A DNA stretch of 63,861 bases, filler included, from Pseudobdellovibrionaceae bacterium (GTDB lineage: Bacteria > Bdellovibrionota > Bdellovibrionia > Bdellovibrionales > UBA1609): assembly GCA_030591685.1 (NCBI GenBank). It is 4 parts of 4 records of this genome, joined end to end, with 100 filler letters (N's around TTAATTAATTAA, not from the genome) between each part and the next. Parts side by side here need not be neighbours in the genome. Positions count along the whole stretch, not along the records: positions 48,759 to 63,861 come from JAUVAX010000052.1; 3 more parts are not named here. One strand, written 5' to 3'. This document shows, piece after piece, positions 60,355 through 63,861 of this stretch; position 1 is the stretch's first letter, and the number at the start of each line of letters is the position of its first letter. The position numbers were made by a program, and so were the translations under genes. Under the pieces are notes generated by a model, which was given only the letters and a program-made list of their open reading frames with translations, did not search any database and had not been told where the DNA came from.

Positions 60355-60609
60355 ATGGAAAAGGGCTACAATTCAGACATAAGTTATCAGGGCGATAATT
60401 TTCATATACAGACGGAGGACTGGGGCATGAGCAACCCAGTGCTTGTTAGCCGCGTTTTTCAAAATGGAGCTGTTTTAAAAAGTTTAAAAGTGCCTTATAA
60501 CAAAGTGTTACCAAAGGGTTATATGGACAATAGTCAGGCTATACGAGTGGCCATGAAAACCCAGCACCAACAAATTCTAGACCTGTTACTTTCTGGCCAA
60601 CTTTTATAA
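60355..60609 (+). CDS. Conserved hypothetical small protein
   Basis: GYN.DI...G..FHIQTEDWG...M..QH pattern, recalled from deltaproteobacterial-type genomes. Confidence 0.75.
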   Translation: MEKGYNSDISYQGDNFHIQTEDWGMSNPVLVSRVFQNGAVLKSLKVPYNKVLPKGYMDNSQAIRVAMKTQHQQILDLLLSGQLL

Positions 60610-60628
60610 CTCAAGTTACAATATATGA

Positions 60629-61291
60629 ATGATAGAATTTTCACATGTATACAAAACATATTCAGGCACAGTTCACGCTCTAAAAAATATTAATCTAAAT
60701 ATTAAAAAAGGTGAATTTGTTTTTCTTACCGGGCCAAGTGGGGCAGGTAAGACAACGCTTTTTCGAATGATCTCGGCTTACGATCGGCCCTGTTCGGGGC
60801 ATGTTCAGGTGGGGAACTATAAGTTAAATGAAATATCAGCTAAAGAAATACCCACCCTTAGAAGAAGCATCGGAGTTGTCTATCAAGATTTCAAGCTACT
60901 AAAAGCAAAGACAATTTTTGAAAATGTAGCCTTGCCCTTAGAGGTAAGAGGAGAGGGTGAAACCGTAATACGTAAAAAAGTGAATGAAATATTAGACCGA
61001 GTGGGCCTTGTTTATAAAAAAGGCAAATGTCCTGATTTTTTATCAGGAGGAGAGCAGCAAAGGGTGGTTATAGCAAGAGCGCTGGTTCATCAGCCAGGAG
61101 TTTTAATTGCCGATGAGCCCACGGGTAACTTAGACCCTCACTTAAGTGAAGAGATTATGGACTTACTTGAAAACATTAATGCACAGGGGACCACTGTGCT
61201 TATTGCTACGCACGATCACAATTTGGTGAAAAGGCGAAATAAAAGGCTTGTAACAATAAAAGACGGAGAGCTTTCAGAGGGAGCAGCGTGA
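60629..61291 (+). CDS. ftsE: Cell division ATP-binding protein FtsE
   Basis: GPSGAGKTT, QDFKLL, LSGGEQQRV and ADEPTGNLD motifs. Confidence 0.95.
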   Translation: MIEFSHVYKTYSGTVHALKNINLNIKKGEFVFLTGPSGAGKTTLFRMISAYDRPCSGHVQVGNYKLNEISAKEIPTLRRSIGVVYQDFKLLKAKTIFENVALPLEVRGEGETVIRKKVNEILDRVGLVYKKGKCPDFLSGGEQQRVVIARALVHQPGVLIADEPTGNLDPHLSEEIMDLLENINAQGTTVLIATHDHNLVKRRNKRLVTIKDGELSEGAA

Positions 61292-62226
61292 GTAAATATA
61301 TAAATCATATTTTAAGTAGTTTTAAAACACACCCGACGATTCAGCTGACAACCATTATTGTCTTAACGGGCACATATGTTTTGATTTCAACTTTTTTTGT
61401 TGCAAAAAGTAATATAGATGGAGTTTTATCGAGTTGGGGCGAAAAGGTAAGATTAAATATATACCTAACAGATTCAGCAACTGATGATGATATTAATAAA
61501 ATTAAAAGCAAATTATCTAAACTTAAAAAATTTTCTCCAGCAGAATATGTTTCTAAGGAGCAGGCGGCCAAAAACTTTATGGCATCGATGGCTCAAAGTG
61601 CCCCTGATTTACTTAATAACTCAGAATTAGGAAACCCTCTGCCGGCAAGCCTGGAGCTATCAATAAAGTCCTCAACCTCTGGGGCCGAGCATTTGAAGTT
61701 ATTAAAGATCGCGGCTGAATCCATAAGAGCATTTTCTGGGGTAGAGGAGGTATCCTATGGGCAGGGTTGGGTGAAAAATTATTCAGACCTTGTGAGTGGA
61801 TTTAAAAACTCATCCTATGCATTTTTGCTACTATTGATTTTGGGCAGTATGCTCGTTGTTAGTAACTCTATTAGAAGCTCGGTTTCACAAAGGCTCGAAG
61901 AGGTAGAGGTGCTTGAGCTTGTGGGGGCGACACAGTCGATGATTAGAACCCCTTACATTATTGAGGGCATGGTATTGGGCTTAATAACGAGTATTTTAGC
62001 GATTATGGGGACGTATTTACTATTTCTTTGGCAGCAATCTATAATAATTAAAGAATTTGATTTGATTACTTTTGGCGGTCAATTTCATTTTTTAAATTTG
62101 ATGCAAATATTGGGCGTAATTTCTCTAGGGGTTTCAATGGGCGCCGCAGGGTCGTACTTTAGTGTAAGTAAAATAAACACAGGGTGGGCTGCTGCAAAGA
62201 GAACCAATGGAGCAAACTGGCAATGA
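61288..62226 (+). CDS. ftsX: Cell division permease FtsX
   Basis: NPLPAS, N.IR and LVGAT...IR.P...EG motifs. Confidence 0.92.
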   Translation: MSKYINHILSSFKTHPTIQLTTIIVLTGTYVLISTFFVAKSNIDGVLSSWGEKVRLNIYLTDSATDDDINKIKSKLSKLKKFSPAEYVSKEQAAKNFMASMAQSAPDLLNNSELGNPLPASLELSIKSSTSGAEHLKLLKIAAESIRAFSGVEEVSYGQGWVKNYSDLVSGFKNSSYAFLLLLILGSMLVVSNSIRSSVSQRLEEVEVLELVGATQSMIRTPYIIEGMVLGLITSILAIMGTYLLFLWQQSIIIKEFDLITFGGQFHFLNLMQILGVISLGVSMGAAGSYFSVSKINTGWAAAKRTNGANWQ

Positions 62227-63395
62227 GTTTGATAGGTAAATGTTGCGTGATTTTAATTTTAAGTTCAATTTTTGCTCTGCTGCCGGCACAGGGGTCGACT
62301 TATGAGCAAACCCAAGAGTTGTCGTTAAAAATACAAGAGAATAAAAAAAACCTTAGAGACGCGGATCAACAGCAGAGAAAACTACTAAGTACCCTTTATG
62401 GATTACATGAAAAAATAAAAACTTTAAATAAAAAGAGGGGCCGGTTTACCAACCGAGTGTTTAATGCAAAGGCGAACATAAAAAAAGTAGCTCGAAAAAT
62501 AAACAGATTAAAGGTAAAGATAAATTCTCAAAAGCATAGTTTGGGAAAACGATTGAGGTCATTATATCAGATGCAAGACCTGGGATACTTAAGGTATTTT
62601 CTATACTCTGTAAAGACGGGTCAGGTGGATAAAAACTTAAAGTATTTGAGGTTGGTATCTAAAAGGGATATGAGTTTGATAAGAAACCATCAGTTAAGTT
62701 TAAAAAAATTAAGAACTCAACAAAGAAAATTAAAGGTAAATGTTAAAAAATACATTGCAGAAAAATCTAAATTTGAACGAAGTGAAAAAGCACTTCATGA
62801 CCAGCAAGAGCTTAAGGCCTCAGTACTGAGAAGGATAGGAAGCCTCAAAAACAAAGCTCTACATAATATTAGAAGTTTGAAACAGAAGGTCGTAGAGATG
62901 AACTTTGCCCTGCCTGAAAGTGAAATATCAAGCCTATTTGAGACGGCCTTTTATGAAAGTAAGGGCCGACTATCTCTGCCTGTGCAAGGTAAAGAAGTGG
63001 GTAAGTATGGATTGATACTAGACGATCAATATCAATATAAACTCACTCGAAAGGGTGTGATTTATAGGCCATCCCCGAAAAGTGCTCAGGTTAATAGTAT
63101 ATTTGGAGGAGAGATCGCATATATAGGCTATGTGACCGGTTATGGTCAAACAGTAATTATTGACCACGGGGATAATTATCACAGTATTTACTCTAACTTA
63201 AATGAAGTCCGAGTAAAGCTAGGCCGCTCTGTTTTTATGGGTGAAAAAATTGCAGAGAGAGTTAATAAAAAAGGGCGGTTAAGTGGCACCTTGTATTTGG
63301 AGATTAGACATTTCTCAGAAAGTTTAGATCCCGCTGAGTGGATTGCAAATAAATTAGTCGTGAAAAGAGGAGATAAACTCAATGGTAAAATATAA
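62223..63395 (+). CDS. envC: Murein hydrolase activator EnvC (coiled coil plus degenerate M23)
   Basis: Signal peptide, long coiled coil, KG.L..PV.G, GYG..VIIDHG and LYLEIR; Zn ligands are missing. Confidence 0.88.
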   Translation: MSLIGKCCVILILSSIFALLPAQGSTYEQTQELSLKIQENKKNLRDADQQQRKLLSTLYGLHEKIKTLNKKRGRFTNRVFNAKANIKKVARKINRLKVKINSQKHSLGKRLRSLYQMQDLGYLRYFLYSVKTGQVDKNLKYLRLVSKRDMSLIRNHQLSLKKLRTQQRKLKVNVKKYIAEKSKFERSEKALHDQQELKASVLRRIGSLKNKALHNIRSLKQKVVEMNFALPESEISSLFETAFYESKGRLSLPVQGKEVGKYGLILDDQYQYKLTRKGVIYRPSPKSAQVNSIFGGEIAYIGYVTGYGQTVIIDHGDNYHSIYSNLNEVRVKLGRSVFMGEKIAERVNKKGRLSGTLYLEIRHFSESLDPAEWIANKLVVKRGDKLNGKI

Positions 63396-63413
63396 AACGA
63401 GGGGTCCTCGCTT

Positions 63414-63861
63414 ATGAAATCAAAAATAATTAAAATCATTATAGTGGGCTCAATATTGGGGCTTGCATTGTTTAAACTCGATATAAATGTACTTAAAGCC
63501 AAGGCTGACGAGAGGTACAAGGATTTATTGTTGTTTACGAAAGTTTTAAACTTAGTACAACAATACTATGTCGAAGAGGTGGATACTAAAAAATTAATCC
63601 ATGGTGCTATAAAGGGAATGCTTAAGGAGTTGGACCCTCATACTAACTATCTCCCTCAAAACATTTATAAAGAATTTGAAGATGAGACCAGTGGTAAGTT
63701 TGGGGGCTTAGGGATAGAGATAACTATCAGGGATGGGATACTAACAATTATTTCACCCATTGAAGACACCCCTGCTTGGAAGGCGGGCATAAAGGCCGGT
63801 GACAAAGTTGTATACATAAATGGAGAAAGCACAAAGGGGCTCAGCCTGGTTGAAGCGGCAC
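63414..63861 (+). CDS. ctpA: S41 carboxyl-terminal protease (runs off the window)
   Basis: Manual translation MKSKIIK...YYVEEVD...GAIKGML.ELDPHT...GKFGGLGIEI...SPIEDTPAWKAGIKAGD (PDZ domain). Confidence 0.92.
   Translation, partial: MKSKIIKIIIVGSILGLALFKLDINVLKAKADERYKDLLLFTKVLNLVQQYYVEEVDTKKLIHGAIKGMLKELDPHTNYLPQNIYKEFEDETSGKFGGLGIEITIRDGILTIISPIEDTPAWKAGIKAGDKVVYINGESTKGLSLVEAA

Noticed and set aside
62223..63395. Active M23 peptidase
   Set aside because: The HxxxD and HxH Zn ligands are missing, which is normal for EnvC and not novel.

Overview
AT-rich bacterial DNA, most consistent with a Bdellovibrionota (predatory) draft genome; this is an inference from gene content and promoter types. 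The window is not contiguous. It holds four contigs (1-15194, 15295-28962, 29063-48658, 48759-63861) joined by identical artificial 100-nt linkers (N44-TTAATTAATTAA-N44). Most of it is core genome: tag, mtnP, gcvP (partial), xthA, dksA-like, speB, a Yej-type peptide ABC transporter, apt, bamB, a Leu dehydrogenase, yebC, sufE, tolQRA, an Rrf2-sufBCDS-nfu operon and ftsEX-envC-ctpA. There are also many secreted or lipoprotein hypotheticals and proteases, and the 3' end of an IS3-family transposase. I saw no rRNA, tRNA or CRISPR array. The leads most worth testing are: (1) a GGDEF protein with an apparent cleavable signal peptide and no other membrane anchor, possibly an exported diguanylate cyclase; (2) a divergent pair of a TIGR01212 radical SAM and a stand-alone MnmC2-type methyltransferase; (3) an M14 amidase-metzincin-GCS2 ligase cluster; (4) a sigma28-type leaderless metalloprotease operon; (5) a catalytically degenerate GDPD upstream of tolQRA; (6) an unannotated 21-aa ORF with an excellent promoter and RBS; (7) a recurring GTC-N9-GAC palindrome. 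All family calls come from recognising motifs by eye; no searches were run.
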